Assembly: GCA_963575745.1 (NCBI GenBank)
Contig: CAUYUJ010000185.1
Location: forward strand, 1-64,000
DNA length: 64,000 nucleotides
DNA from: Prorocentrum cordatum
Taxonomy: Eukaryota
Reading direction: 5' to 3'
Part shown: positions 12,905-27,880 of the stretch, piece after piece
Position numbering within the stretch: the stretch's first letter is position 1
How the letters are laid out: every line of letters starts with the position of its first letter
Notes under the pieces: model-generated
Database searches by the model: none
What the model was told of the DNA's origin: nothing
Seen by the model: the letters and a program-made list of their open reading frames with translations, nothing else
Translations under genes and position numbers: made by a program

Positions 12905-13479
12905 GGCCAGAGAAAGAGCACGGCTGGGAGACCCACCCGCTTTGCCAGTAGCGTGCGCCACCCGCACGCCGCAGCACAGAGCGCAGCCCACTTTCCCGAG
13001 CGGAGAGCGCGCGACCCTGCCCCCGCGGCCCAGACGCCACGCTGCTACGCCGCGCCAGCACCTCACGCCAGATGCGCCACGCTGCCACGACGCGCTGCTA
13101 CGCCAGACTGGCACATCACGCTTCTCCCGCGGCTCGCCGCCCAGTCGCACGAACGCGTCGCTCAGCTGTGAAACGAAAACTACCGTATGTCCAGAATGAC
13201 CCCCTGCTCGGCCGTGAGAGGGGGGCATGAAGAGGGGAAGGAGGAGGAGGAGGAGGAGGAGGAGGAGGATAATCAGGAGGAGGAGGAGGATAATCAGGAG
13301 GAGGAGGGAGGAGGATAATCAGGAGGAGGAGGAGGAGGAGAGAGAGGAGGAGAGAGAGGAGGAGAGGAGGAGGAGGGAGGAGGAGGAGGAGGTAATCAGG
13401 AGGGAGGAGGAGGGAGTGAGAGGAGGAGGAGGGAGGGAGGAGGAGGAGAGAGGATACCTTCCTCCGTCGTGAGCAGAGC

Positions 13480-13568
13480 CTTCCGCTCCGGGAGGGGGAC
13501 GACCCCTCGCCGTCCTCGGCGCTGGCGCCGTCGCCTCCGGCGTCGGCCAGCCCGGACTCGTCGATGGC
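13480..13568 (-). CDS. Exon AIDESGLADAGGDGASAEDGEGSSPSRSG(R)
   Basis: ggcag|GCC; GC3-rich; AG|gc donor (alternative AAG|gt after 13458). Confidence 0.6.
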
Positions 13569-16500
13569 CTGCCGCAGCGCCGCGGGGCACGGCTAGGGGG
13601 CACCCTCGCGGCCCTCCTCCCTCACTCCCATTCCCTGCTCCTCTCGTCTCCCTCCTCCGCCCATTCCCTCCTTCCTCCAACGCCTCCTGCGCCATCCACC
13701 CTCCTCTTGCTCATCCTGCTCCTCCCCCCCCCATCCCCCCCTCCTCCTCCTCCTCCTCCTCCTCCTCCTCCTCCTCCTCCTCATTATCCTCCCCCCTGTT
13801 CCTCCTCATCCTCTTCCTCATCATAATTCCCCTCCTCCTTCTCCCCTTCCATCCTCCTCCCTCCCTCCCTCACTCCTCCCCTCATCCGACTTTCCTACCC
13901 CTCCTCTTCCTTATCCTGCTCATCCCCTCCACATGTTGCCCTCTTCTTCCCTCCCTCCCTTCATCCCTCCCTCGTCCTCCATTCCTCCTCCGTATAAACA
14001 ACTCCCCCTTGTCACACCACCAGACGTGTCCGTGGGCTGGACTGTGCATGTCGCTAGATATTACTTTGGGCCTACTGTCATGACGCTAACAAGCTCCAAC
14101 AGCTGCAAGGATTGAAGCCGGGTCGAATTCGAAATGCGGCTCCGCATTAGCACCATGCACATTCGTTTGAACTCGTCCAACAGTTACACGGATGGAGGGC
14201 CGAGTGTGTTTCAACATGCGGCAATCGCCTTGGCGCAGCGCGCATTCGTTGTCGTAGTTTGAAACCGGATGGAGACTGATACGATTTCAAAATGAGGTTC
14301 CTGCTTGATACTTCCCCACTTCCTACCACGTGATGCCCCAGAGTGTCCAGGGATTACACACCTGGAGGGCGGTTCCTTCTTTTGAATATGGGATATCGAG
14401 TGAGGCGTTCGCTAATGCTGGTCAGGCGGGTCGAGGGCTGATCCATTAAAAAACGTATGTATAATTATTCACTGCGTGGAGCTCCCCATATGTGCATCTA
14501 TTCGCATGGACCTGTCCGCCGTGAATGTCTAGGCGCAAGAGCGTTCGAATGTACACGGGCTTCAGTTGTGACGGTCTGGACATAAATCTAACTGCGAATG
14601 AATTGGACTGTGAATAAGCCTCAGTAGTACGAGCGCGTCTTCGTGCATGAGCCTGGGGCCTCCTGGGGCCTCCTGAAACCTACTGGGGCTTCCTGGGGTC
14701 TCCAGGAGCCTCTTGGGGCCTCCTGGGACCTCCTAGGGAGGTTTCGTGCCCCAGGAGAGGCGCAATCTATAGCAACAGACGTACATAAAACATTGCGGAT
14801 TAGAGCCACAGGAGAAGGGCAATCTATAGGAACACGCGTAAAACACCAAGGACTCGTGCCCCAGGAGAGGCCCAATCTATAGGAACATAAGTAAAACATG
14901 TAGGATTGTGTACACAGGAGAAGGGCAATATATAGAAACATACGTACAACATCAAAGACTCGTGCTCCAGGTGAGGCCCAATCGATAGGAGCATACGTAA
15001 AACACATGGGATTGGAGCCACTCCTGCTGCCTGATGAGGCCTCCTGCTCAAGGGCCTCTCGGGGCCTCCTGTTGCCTTCCGAGGCCTCCTGGCGCTTCCT
15101 GTTGCCTCCTGGGGCCTCCTGTGGTTTCCTGAGGCCATCTGGAGCTTCCTGGGGCCTCCTGGAGCCTCTTGGGACATCCTGTGGCCTCTTGAATCTTTCT
15201 GTGGCCTCCTGATGCCTCCTGGGACCTCATGTGGTCTCCTGGGGCCTCCTGGAGCCTGTTGGAGCCTCCTATGGCATCCTGAGAAGAATCTGCGCCCACG
15301 AGCCTGGCCACCAAAACAAGCAAACCGATCGAGACATCCTCAACATCTGGCCGTTAGGAACGTGAAAATGAGCGCCTCGCTCGAGACATCCTCCAAATCT
15401 GCTCCGAAAGCGAAGGATGCTGGCACAGAGAACAAGCAAACCGCTCGAGACATCCCAACAAAATCCCGCGAAAGGGGTCGAGTGCAATACCCCCCCGCCG
15501 CTCCCCTTAGGAACGTGAAAATGAGCGCCTCGCTCGAGACATCCTCCAAATCTGCTCCGAAAGCGAAGGATGTTGGGACAGAAAACAAGCAAACCGCTCG
15601 AGACATCCCCACACAATCCCGCGAAAGGTGCCGAGTGCAATACCCCCCCGCCGCTCCCCTTAGGAGTGCTGAAGCCACAGAATCGCCTGAGACATCCTCA
15701 ACATCAGTGTGTGTGAGTCATCCGATGAGTGGACCTGAGTGAGTGTAGTGAATGTACGAGTACAAGTACGAGTGAGTCTGAGTGATGAGTGAGTCTGAGT
15801 GCTGAGTGAGTCTGAGTGATGAGTGAGTCTGGGTGATGAGTGATGAGTCTGAGTCTGATGACTGAGCCCGAGTGATGAGTGAGTCTGAGTGATGAGTGAG
15901 TCTGAGTGATGAGTGGGTCTGAGTGATGAGTGAGTCTGAGTGATGAGTGAGTGGGGTGGAGGGGGAGGAGGTGAGGAGGAGGAGGTTCCTCCGGCGCGGT
16001 CGGCCAATCACAAGAACCCCATACTTAGGATATGGGGGAAACACCCAAAGTAGCGGGGCGGTCGCTGGACACTGTCTTGTACGTTATCATCCCACCTGTT
16101 GGCACTTCTGCTGGCCAGCAGCGCTGACGCATCCCGAGTTTACTCTGGTCAACCTCCTCCGCCTCCTCCTCCTCCTCCTCCTCCTCCTCCTCATCCTCCT
16201 CCTCCCTCCCCTCCAACTCCCTCCATCGGCTCCTCCCTCCTCCCTCCTCCTCCCTCCTCTCCCTCCTTCTCCTGCTCCTCCTCCTGTTCCTGCTCCTCCT
16301 CCTCCTCCTCCTCCTCCTCCCTCGCCTCCTCCTCCTCCTCCCTCCATCGGCTCCTCCCTCCTCCTCCTCCTCCCTCCTGTAGCCAACGTGCACCACCACC
16401 ACCACCTCCTCCCTCCTCACTCCATCCTCCTCCTGCTCTATCCCTCTTCATCCATCCTCCCTCCCTCCTCCTCCTCCTCCTCCTCCTCCTCCTCCTCCTC

Positions 16501-19500
16501 CTCCTCCTCCTCCTCCTCCTCCTCCTCCTCCTCCTCCCTCACGCTCTTCTGCCCCTCCTTCGCACTGAGGGAGACAGGGGGACGAGGAGCAAGCGCAGAG
16601 GGAGGGGGGAAGGACGAGGGGAGGGAGGGAGGAAAGCGGAGGAGGAGGAGGAGGGAGGACGGAGGAGAGGATTTTCGGGGCTTCTCGGGGCCCACCACTG
16701 CGTTTCAGGGGCTGTCGCCCTCCTCCCCTGTCTCTCTCCTCTCTCCTCTCTCCTCTGTCCTTTCTCTCCTCTCCACAACTGAAGAATACGAATACAGGTC
16801 TCCCTCCTCGTGCTGTTTTTTCTTGAACACAGGATTTCAAACAGTATGCCTCTTATGGTTGTGTTGCAATCCTATTGTGCTCGGTGTTTCAGAATATGGT
16901 GCTGTTTCGGATGGGCGCCTTGCTCCCGTCGTTCAGAATGGCGCTATCGCCCCAGCGCGGGACACGTTGTCAGATCAGAGTCTTGCTTTATTGTGGTCCC
17001 CCTCATTTCCCCTCCTCCGCCTTCCCCTGGTCCTCCTGCTCCTCCCGCTCCTTCCACTCCAGCTCCTGCTGCTGTTCGTCTCGCCCCTGAGCGGGCCACT
17101 TCCATGCATCAAAACCTTTCTTCATCGTTGTCGCCCCCCTCGTTTCCTCTCCTCCGCCGTTCCGTGGTCCTCCGCTTTTGTTTCTTCCGCGTTGTTCCTG
17201 CTGCTGCTGCTGCTGCTGTTCGTCTTTCCCCTATCAGTGCTTGCACTGAAGGGGTCCTAGCGGATCTTGCAGGATCTGGCGAACATGGGCGGCCGATTTC
17301 GGTAGGCCGCTGGGCTCCCAATTGCTGGGGCTGGGCCGATCTCGGTGGTCGCCGGGGTTCCCGGGCTTGCGGGTTCGCGGGTTCCTGGCTGATCTCGTTA
17401 CCGATCGGTCTCACCCCATCGATCTCACGACCCACCTCTCTATCGATCTCACGATCGATCTCACAATCGATTTCACTATGGATCACACGCGCGACTTCAC
17501 GATCGATGTTACTTTCGATCTCACTGGATCGACTTCACTATCGGGCACACGATCGACCTTACTATCATCCTCACTACCGATTCCACGATCGATCTCACTC
17601 AATATCACAATCGATCTCAATAACCATACCACAAATGTTCAAACCATGCATTGGTTGGGGCTTTCTCTTACGAAGTGGTCTTTCTGTGGGAGTCACAGGA
17701 AGGCTGTAACACGCGTCCGCAGATAGAGAACAATCAGCGGCATGTAAAGGGATGGGAGGGAGGGATAGGACATCAGATAGGGCTCGAACGCACATAGCTT
17801 GCCTCTCTCCTCTCTCATCTCTCCTCTCTCCTCCTCGTTCTCCTCCTCCTCCTCCTCCTCCTCCTCCTCCTCCTCCTCCTCCTCCTCCTCCTCCTTCTCC
17901 TGATTATCCTCCTCCTCCTCCCTCCTCCTCTCCTCCTCCTCCTCCTCCTCCTCCTCCTCCTCCTCCTCCTCCTCCTCCTCCTCCTCCTCCTCATCCTGCT
18001 CCAGCTCCAGCTCCTCTGGCTCCTCATGACAAGCGTTTCCCCTTCATGTCCACTTCATCCGCCACCGTGCCGCCACCTCCCCCCCATTCGCATCGCCTGG
18101 AGGTCGCCCAGCTTCGGCCCCGCGCCGCCCTTGTTCGGCCTGGGGCGCCGCGCGACTCGCGCGCGGGCGGGCACGGGCGCTCTCGCCAGGTCGCGGGGCG
18201 CCAGCCAAGGGCTCCTCCGAGGGGGGGGGGGGGGGGGGGGGGGGCGAATGCCTCCTCCAGTCCTCCCATCCCTCTCCCCATCCCTCCTCCCATCCCTCCT
18301 CCCATCCCTCCCTCCTCCCTTCTCCATCCTCCTCCTCCCCATACCTCCTCTCCTCTCCCCATCCCTCCTCCCGTCCCTCTCAGGCCCACCGCTCTAGGGG
18401 GGCAAGACGGCGGTGAGCTCCTTGTTCCTAAAGGGGGGGGCCCGTCGCTGGCCCACGGCGCGCAGCCGCCGATTGAGGAGAGCCGCAGCGTGGCGACGAG
18501 AAGGTATTCTCCGATGCCCCCCCCCCGCCGCCGGGGTTTGCGTTCGTGCCTGAGCCGTAGGGCTCTCTCGCTCTCGCCCTCCGTTTCCCCCTCGGCGGCG
18601 CGCAATCCTCCAGCATCAAGACGAGGCCACGACGAGGATCAAACCGGGCGAGGACAAATCGAGAACCTCTGAGATCTGGCGAGTCTGAGGGATGTCCCGG
18701 GCGTCGCGGCCTTCGTGCAGCGCTCCAGAACGCTCTGAGAGCGTTGAGGACCGCTCTGGAACGGATTTATCCACGTCATAGCCCCGTCCATTCCATCCCT
18801 CTTCCCTACCAAACCAGGTCGGACAAGGACGGCAAAATCGCCGAGTTTGAACGTGGGGCTCGCTGAGCGGATGCCGAGGTCAGCGTGGAGGGCGAGGCGC
18901 CCCATCCCTCCGCCAGCCCTCTCCTTTGTCAAGCTCCCCGGCACTACGGGCCACAAGCGCGACAGAACCTCTGGCAAAATATCCAGGGCATCTAAAACCG
19001 CCATCATGCAGATCGTTCGATGTAGGCCGAGATCCCAAGCCTGAAAGCCTCCCAAAAGGCCAAGGAAGAGAGGGCGGGAGGGGGGGGAAACTCCGCAACC
19101 CCTTGAGGACACGGCCCCTCCCTGGACAGAGACCTCCCAGATGGGGTCGGAGCAGTTGGGGTCGGAGGATCGCACCGTAGCGTCGATGTCACCGCTGTAT
19201 CGGCGATGCATCGGCGACGTCAGAGTGGAGAACATCATGCTCCACACTGAGACGCATCGCCAATGCGTCGGCGATGCGGCGCGATCCTCCGCTCCCATCT
19301 ACTCCGCCCCCATCTAGGAGGCCTAGATTGTAAGCCGACTCCAGAAGACTGGCGGGGATCATCCTTGAACGCCCGCGCTGGGGTCGCCGCCGCGTCAACA
19401 GGGCGCGAACCTCACGTAGCATCGTCTCTGTCAGGAGGGTTGGACTAGTCACCGAAGCTGTGTCCGAAATTCTGCCCGAGCGTGACCGAAACCAGCGCCC

Positions 19501-21502
19501 AAATTCGTCCGAATGCGCCCGAATGTGACCGATTGCTTGGTTCGGAACCAATGCACTGCTCAACTTTGGTCACCCGTTCGGTCACACTGCGTTTCCGGCC
19601 ACACAACTTCTGGCACGTCTTCGGCCACCGACTTGTTTCGGTCAGACACCTTTGGGCCGACAGGGCGCAATGACGAATCTGCCGTGATCCCGGAAGGGTG
19701 GCGGTTAGAGACGGCTGGGGTGTCTGAACTGGTTCGGTTCTTAAAAAATCAGCCAGGAGGAGGGATGAAGCCAAATCCGATCAAAATCAATCCCCGGACC
19801 CCTCCAGGGGTCCATCTGGCGAAGTTGTCCCCCCGTGATTCGTTTCTGACGGTCCCAGGGCCTGAAAACGGCCCCTGGAGGCCAATAAGTAAGAACCTTC
19901 CCAAACCCAAAAAACCTCGGACCTGGTCCCCTTCCTCCTCGCCGGAACCAGCGCTGGGCCACCTCAGACCCCAGCCGGCTCCAACACCAGGCTGTCGGAC
20001 GAAAACGAATGATTGACGCAAAAGAACCATAACCCGAGGAAACCCAAGTTAGGAGGGCCAGGAACATTAGGGACAGAAGGGTTTTTTTCTGCAGGTGTGT
20101 CTCGAACCAAACCGCCCAGAATCAATGGCCCCATTGCGAAGACGGGGACCTCAGTGAGGCTGCGCCTTCCTCGTGCTGTTAGGGTTAGGGGCTCTTCTTA
20201 GGGAATCGAACTCTATACACCGACGCTTCTTCCAGCCCTGCATTGGAATTTGCACTGGAGAGCGGATCCTGGTGTATACGGGACCCTGATGTATACATGT
20301 TTCGTTGTTTCCCCGGGACATCGGGGAACAAAATACACACCACACCACCCCAGCGTCGGCCTCGACCCTCGAGAAGTCCTGGGATCGAAAAACGGCCCGC
20401 CACTGGTAACGTATACGTTCCAGTGTCCGACTTCTATCCCCCCATGAACGGCAGAGAGCTACGCGGACGGCATCCCAACTGCGGCGTGCCATGGCTGCTC
20501 GCCTTCCCTCCCGGCATGCTCCTCGCAACCCCCCGCGGGGGCGGCTCCCGGGCGGCCGCTCGGGACGACGGTGGCACCCCCTGGGATGCCCTCGGCGCGG
20601 CGCAGCCGCTGGAGCGCATCCCGAGGCCAGGAAACCGCACGAGAGCCGACGAGCTCGACCGACCACCTCGAGCCTCGAGCCTCGGAGCCGAGGCCTCCCT
20701 GGGCCATGACCTCCGCCTCCTCCCGCTGCCCCCCGGCTCCCGGCCCCTCCTGGGCTCCATGGTGGCGGAGGGGGGGGGGGGAGCACCCGTGCGAGCGGAA
20801 AATCCGGCTCGGGTGAGCTGGCCCGAAGGCGCTTCACGGTGCATCGGCAGCGGAAGCCGAAGCCAAAACTGAAGCGCACAGCGAAACGAAGAGGGCCCAC
20901 CCTGCAGGTTCGGCTGAAACCACATCGTTGAGCAGTGCTGCAGCCCCCCCTGAGCACAGGACCCCCCCCCCGAGCAGCAGCCAGACAAGTGGGGTTTGCA
21001 CCCTCATGCCTTGCCCGACTCGGGGCGCGCTTCGGTACTGCAAGGTGGCTGAGGTGGGGGGGGGGGGAGGGGCCGCGGCGGCCGCGGGCGCGCCGCCAGG
21101 CCGCCGGGCGGTTGCGCCTGTGGCCGTCGAGCAGCCGCTTCAGGGACGCGCGGCGCGAGGTGAAGAACTCCTGCGCGGCGGGCCGCGGAAGCGGCGCGGC
21201 GCGGCGCGGCGCGGCGCTCGCGGCGCGACGCTCGCGGCGCGGCGCGGCGCGCCCTACCAGAGCACCCCAACCCGACCCGGAGTCCCAGGCTTCGGGTTGA
21301 GGGGGGCACGGGCTCCACATGTCCACTGTTCCCCGAAGCATCCCCGACTGGGAATGGAGGGCACACTGGAGCCCTCGGGTTGGGTTGGGGATGGCCTGGT
21401 GCGTGGTGATCCTTCGGCTCACCCTGACATCCTCGCGGCGTGGGGGGATTCCCATAGGTGTTTGGGCACGTTCGGCCTCCCGAGGGCCTCGCTGGCGTCA
21501 TT

Positions 21503-21568
<66 letters not shown>

Positions 21569-24547
21569 CCCCTACAAGTGTCATGTGCTCTCGTGTCCCT
21601 CCCAAGCAATGTTTGCCCTTGTGGGCTCCTCTTGCCGTTCCAAGGGGCTGGCCCTGTGGGCCGCGCACGGCCGCTGATTGGCGTGGACCAGGCTACGGCC
21701 CTGCCTGGGACCGCTACGGTGAGGGGCAACGTCAGTGGGGGACGTGCTCAAGGGGGGGAAACATCGACCTGGAATCGGCGCCACGTCGCCGATAGATCGG
21801 CGATAAGCGATGTGTACTATTATATATATATATATATATATATATTAGCGAATGCCGAAGTTCCGGGGCGGGGTGGGCTATTGGGCCCCCCATCACGATC
21901 CATGGGAGTTTAGGGGTCGACGCATCCCCCCCTGGAGGAGCCCATCCTCCTCCTCCTCCTCCTCCTCCTCCTCCTCATCCTCCCTCCTCTTCCTCATCCT
22001 TCTGCTCCTCCTCCTCCTCCTCCTGACCTGCCTGGACAGCTGTGGCTCCCCGACCCGTGCATGGTCGCGCGGGCCTCGGGGGGGGTTCTGCACTCACTCG
22101 GGGGGCCAGGAGGACACGAGGCCCCGCGTGCTACCCGTCGCCTCGCCCAGGGTGATGGGACCGCCGTGGGCAAGAGGAGGCAGAGCGGGGGGAAGTGGAG
22201 GGAGGAGCGAGGGGGGGAAGGAATCGAAGGGAGGGAATGAATAAGGAAAGACGGGGGGGAGGAATGAGGGGGCGGAGGGATGAGCGGGGAGAGGTGGAGG
22301 GAGGAGCGAGGGGGGGAAGGAACTGAAGGGATGAGGGGGGAGGGAGGTCAGAAGGACTGGCAGCAGGCTGGGCAGCGGAAGGGGCAGGCGAGGGGGGGGG
22401 GCGAAGAGGGCAGGCGAGCGGGCAGGAGGAGGAGGATGGGATCGACGAGGAGGAGACGACGAACGAGGGCGAGGGGGAGGACGAGGGAGAGGGACTGGGA
22501 GGACGAGGAGGAGGAGTAGCAGCAGCAAGAGAAAGAACCCTACGCATCCCTACGGGTGCGCCGGCCCAGGCCCCAGCGCTCCCGCCCAGCACTGCTGGGC
22601 GCGGTGGTGATCTTGTTCTCGCGGCGCAGGAACTCGGGCTTCGACATGAACTCCTGCGCGTCCCCCCGCCAAAGGCATCCAAGCTGTCCTGACAATGATC
22701 ATGGTGCTGCGGCTGCTCCTACTACTTCTCCTGCCCCCTCCTGCTGCTCCTGCTGCTCCTGCTGCTGCTGCTGCTGATGCTGATCCTTCTTTTCCTCCCC
22801 CTCCTCCTCCTCCTCCTCCTCCTCCTCTTCCTCCTCCTCCTCCTCCTCCGCCTCCTCCTCCTCCTACGACGCCACCCTCCTCAAAGTCACACCCCACGAC
22901 CTCTCCTGCTGTGTAACCCGAGCCTTCTTTTCCTCCTCCTCCTCCTCCTCCACCTCCTCCTCCTCCGACGCCACCCTCCTCAAAGGCACCCCCCCACGAC
23001 CTCTCCTGCAGTGCAACCCGATGCGAATCCTGCTGCTCCTCCTCCGATGGCAACGGCGGCGGCGGTGGCGACAGCGGCGAAGACTGCGGCGGCAGCGACG
23101 GCGACGGCGGAGGCGGCGACGGCGGCCGCGGCGGCGACGACAGAGGCCAGCCGGTGCCCCCGTCGGTCCGCGGGTGCAGGGCGGCCCGCTCCAATTCAGG
23201 GGGGGAATGCAACGCCTCCCAATCGAAGTGTCGACGCCCCCCCATTCCCTCCCTCTCGTCCTTCTCACCCTCATCCTCACCTTCTCCTCCTCCTCCTCCT
23301 CCTACTTCTCCGCCTAATCGTAATCAGCAGCAGCATCAGATGCAGCAGCCGCAGCATCAGCAGCAGCAACTTCTTCTCCTTCATCATCACCACCACCATC
23401 ATCATGAGCAGCATCAACCTCAGCAGCAGCAGCAGCAGCAGCATTATCATCACCATCCTCATCATCATCAGCAGCAGCATCATCAGCAGCATCACCATCA
23501 TCGTCGTCATCTTCATCGTCATCGTCATCGTCCTCACCCGTGATCCAAGCTCATCCTCATCCTCTCAAAACCCATTACCAAGCATCCTCCATGATCCTCG
23601 ACCTCTGAATCCGCGCCTCCGCCTGCGCATCCACCTTTCCAACCTATATGTCCTCTCTCCTCCCTCCGCGTCCAAAGTCCTCCTGCTCTTTGATCATGAT
23701 CGTCATCCGTCATGCTCCCTTCACAATCATCCTCCTCCCGCTCCACCGCCTGCCTCCTCGACATCATCCTTCTATGTTGCTTCCTCATCTGCCTCCTCCT
23801 CCGCCTCCTCCTCCCTTCCTTCCTTCCTTCCATCCGTCCTTCATACCCTTCTTCGTCATGGTGGACATCAGCACCATCGTCACCATCATCACAATCAGCA
23901 GCACGATCATCATCACCATCACCACCATCATCGTCATCTCCGTCCCTCCACCCTCCTCCGTCATCCCTTCTCCCTCCTCCTCCTCCTCCTCCTCCTCCTC
24001 TGTATCCTCCTCCTCCGCCTCCCCCTACTCCTCCCCAAACTCCGTTTCAATCCTCATCATCCTTCACCTCCACCGCGCACCTCATCCCCCTCTCCTCCGG
24101 ATCCTCATCATCTTTTCACCCCCTCATAGTCATCAGCCTAATCGTTTGCAGCATCGTCATCTCAAGAATGGCTATATCATCACTACTACTGGTACGGGCA
24201 CGATCAGCACAACAACCGCAATCGACATACGTATCCCCTCATCTTCCTCATCGTCAGTGGTGTTGCTATACGCACCGTCCTCATCCTCCTCCTCCTCCGC
24301 CGTCCTCGCTCGCCCCCCCACCTCATCTCCGTCTCTCCAGCCCCCTCTTCCTGCTCCCCCTCTTCCTCCTCAGCATCACCCCTAAACGTCCATCAGCATC
24401 CTCATCACCGTCCTCATCCTCAGCATCAGCAGCAGCATCATCAGCAGTCTCATCATCAGCAACAACAGCATCATCATACCACCATCATCGTCACCAGCAT
24501 CGACCTCATCAGCATCGACCTCATCAGCATCATCCTCAGCATCAGCC

Positions 24548-24611
<64 letters not shown>

Positions 24612-24653
24612 CATCATCCTCATCATCATCATCATCATCATCATCAGCAGCAC

Positions 24654-24685
<32 letters not shown>

Positions 24686-24689
24686 CCAC

Positions 24690-24724
<35 letters not shown>

Positions 24725-24739
24725 GCATCATCATCATCG

Positions 24740-24775
<36 letters not shown>

Positions 24776-24854
24776 GCATCATCATCATCATCATCAGCAT
24801 CATCATCATCATCATCATCAGCATCATCAGCATGAGCATCAGCATCATAATCGC

Positions 24855-24887
<33 letters not shown>

Positions 24888-25378
24888 GAGCATCGTCCAC
24901 CTCATCCTCCTCATCCTCCTCATCATCACCACTCACCATTAGTCACACTCCTCATCAGCATAAACATCCTTAGCAAAAGCAACATCATCATCAACAACAT
25001 CGCACTCACCCTCACACTCAAACTCACCCAAACACTCATCATCAAAATCATCATCCTCATCATCGACACCACCACCACCATCACCAACACCCTCATCAGT
25101 ACCATCACCACCACCAGCAGAATCATCACCACGACCACCATTATAGTCATCATCCTGAGCAGCAGCATCAGCATCAGGATCAGCATCATCGGCATCAGCA
25201 CCAGCATCAACATCAGCATCAGCATCATCAGAATCATCATCGTCATCATTATCAGGTACAGATTCGTTTTCATCGTCAATGTCATCGTCATCGTCGTCAC
25301 TGCTATACTATGCCACCTCTGTTATCCTCTGCCCTCCTCGTCCCCCTCCTCCTCCTTCTCCTCTTCATCCTCCTCCTG

Positions 25379-25412
<34 letters not shown>

Positions 25413-25413
25413 G

Positions 25414-25448
<35 letters not shown>

Positions 25449-25451
25449 CTG

Positions 25452-25490
<39 letters not shown>

Positions 25491-26007
25491 GCATCATCAG
25501 CATCATCATCATCATCATCATTATCATCATCACCATCATCATCATAATCAGCATCATCATCAGCAGCACCATCATCATCACAGCATCAGCATCCCCAGCA
25601 GCAGCATCATCATGATGATCATCATCCTCATCATCATCACAATCATCATGATCATCATTACCATCATCGTCATCAACATCCTAATCCTCATCCTCATCCT
25701 CCTCATCATCACAATCATCCTCATCATCATCCTCACCACCATCGACCATAACCATAACAATAGCCATAATCATCACCATCATAATTATCCTCATCGTCTT
25801 CATCCTCAAGTTCGTCCTCATCCTGATCATCAACAGCAACATACTCATCATCAGCAGCCTCATCATCACCCTCCTCATCCTCATCCTCGTCCTCATCCTC
25901 ATCCTCATCATCACCACCACCACCATCACCACCATCACCATCATCATCATCAGCATCATCACCATCACCATCACCATCATCACCATCACCATCACCATCA
26001 CCATCAC

Positions 26008-26082
<75 letters not shown>

Positions 26083-27821
26083 CCATTCGCCTCCCCTTCC
26101 CTGCTCCTCCCTCGCCCCTCCGCATCCCCCGCCCCCTCCGCCCCGCCTCCCCCCCCCCGGCGGTGCCCCGCTGCGCCTCCCCTCCCCCCCCGCAGGAGGC
26201 GGCGCGGGCACAGGGGGTCCTCCTTGGGCGTCTCCCCCAGCCGCTGGCCGCGGCGGATGCCCCTGCTGAAGTCCTGGGCGCCGGCGGGAGACGCCCCGCT
26301 GCGCGCTGCCGCCGCAGCGCCGCGGGAAGGAGGCGGCAGGAGGTCGCCGTCGCCGTCGCCGTCGTAGGGCGTCGGATTATCCAGTGCGCTGCCCATGATG
26401 TATGGCTGTTACGATTCTTAGCATGATTCGGATTCTTAGTGTGATGTTTATCATCATCATCAGCATCATCAGGCGCCGGCGGGGCAGCGCACAGTGAAAC
26501 TGTCTTGCGCAAGCTGGCAGAATGCAACACCATTCGAGGATCTGCTGACCTGGGTCGATCCAAACCCGGGTCAGTCATGCCTTGCAAAAACCTGAAAGAT
26601 CCTGCAAGATCCTGCACCCAAACCCGGGTCAATGCGAAGGATCCTGCAAAATCCTCCAGGATCCTGCACCCAAGCCCAGGTCAATGCGACCCTGGCCGTG
26701 CAGGACCCTGCAAGATCGGGCGCTCTGGCTGATCCCCGTTTGCATTGACCCCAGTCTCAAGGCTCCCGAACTATATGATGGGTCATGCATGCTCCACCCA
26801 CTGGATGGATCTCCGCCTCACGATGATGCTGCCGTTCTCCATCCCCGTGCGCCGTGCTCGGGATGAGAGGCCTGAGGGCTTGCGACCCCGAGACCCGAGC
26901 AGAGGAACAAAAACGACTAGGAGGGGTGGGGCAGCCTCGGGACGGGGGCTTGCCAGGCTGGCCTCGCGCTCTCTTCTCCAAGCCACGGGCAGGAGGGCGG
27001 GGAGGGAGGGGGAGGGCGGGGGGGGCGGGGGCGTTCGCCGAGGAGAGCTCCTCGGAGATGTGCGGAGGTGGTCGTCGCAGGCCCCGGGAGTCTTAGGGAG
27101 GCCCGGGGCGGCGCGCGCAGAGGAGGCCACGAAGCTGCGGAGGCACAGCGTGGCGGTTGTCCGCGCGTGTTCCCCTTGGGTCGGCGGTGCACGCCCCAGC
27201 CTTGGCACGCGGAGCGCGCCAGGGGCGGCGCCGGAGGCCCAGTGATTACAGGGCAGTTTTTTTTAATACATAGGATCTTTAAAACATCTAGGGTTTCAAT
27301 ACAGAACTAATGCATGAATAAATGTATGCATGAACTCCTCGTTGTTTTTAATACTAAATCCCTGCATGTTTAAAACATGATCCGCACGCGGAGCATGTGT
27401 TAAACACGGCACTGTACGATGTTCCAGCCGACCTTAGCCTGGATCACCAAAAAGAAATCGAGCACTCAGAAAGCACCGAAACTGGCGAGTTGTCACGTGT
27501 GGGGCCCTGGGAGGCGGTACTCGAACGACACTGTTTCGCTACTTTGCTGGGTGCTCGAAATGGTTTCTGGGATGGGCACCTGAAGCACGATGGGAGCAAC
27601 AGAACCCAGTGGTGTTTTGTTCGCCCAAGGTCCGTTTCTGGTGGCCCACCGGTCCGAAAACGACCCCCCAAAGGCCGGCATCCAAATAAAGAACGCCCGG
27701 ACTGACGGCCTGCAACAACAAGTCGGATCGTCGGAGAGCAGGGTCCCCGAAGGGCCCTCCTCGACGATCCCCGAAGGGCCCTCCGACTCTGCGCACAGCA
27801 CGAGAAGGGCCCCCACGCATC

Positions 27822-27880
<59 letters not shown>

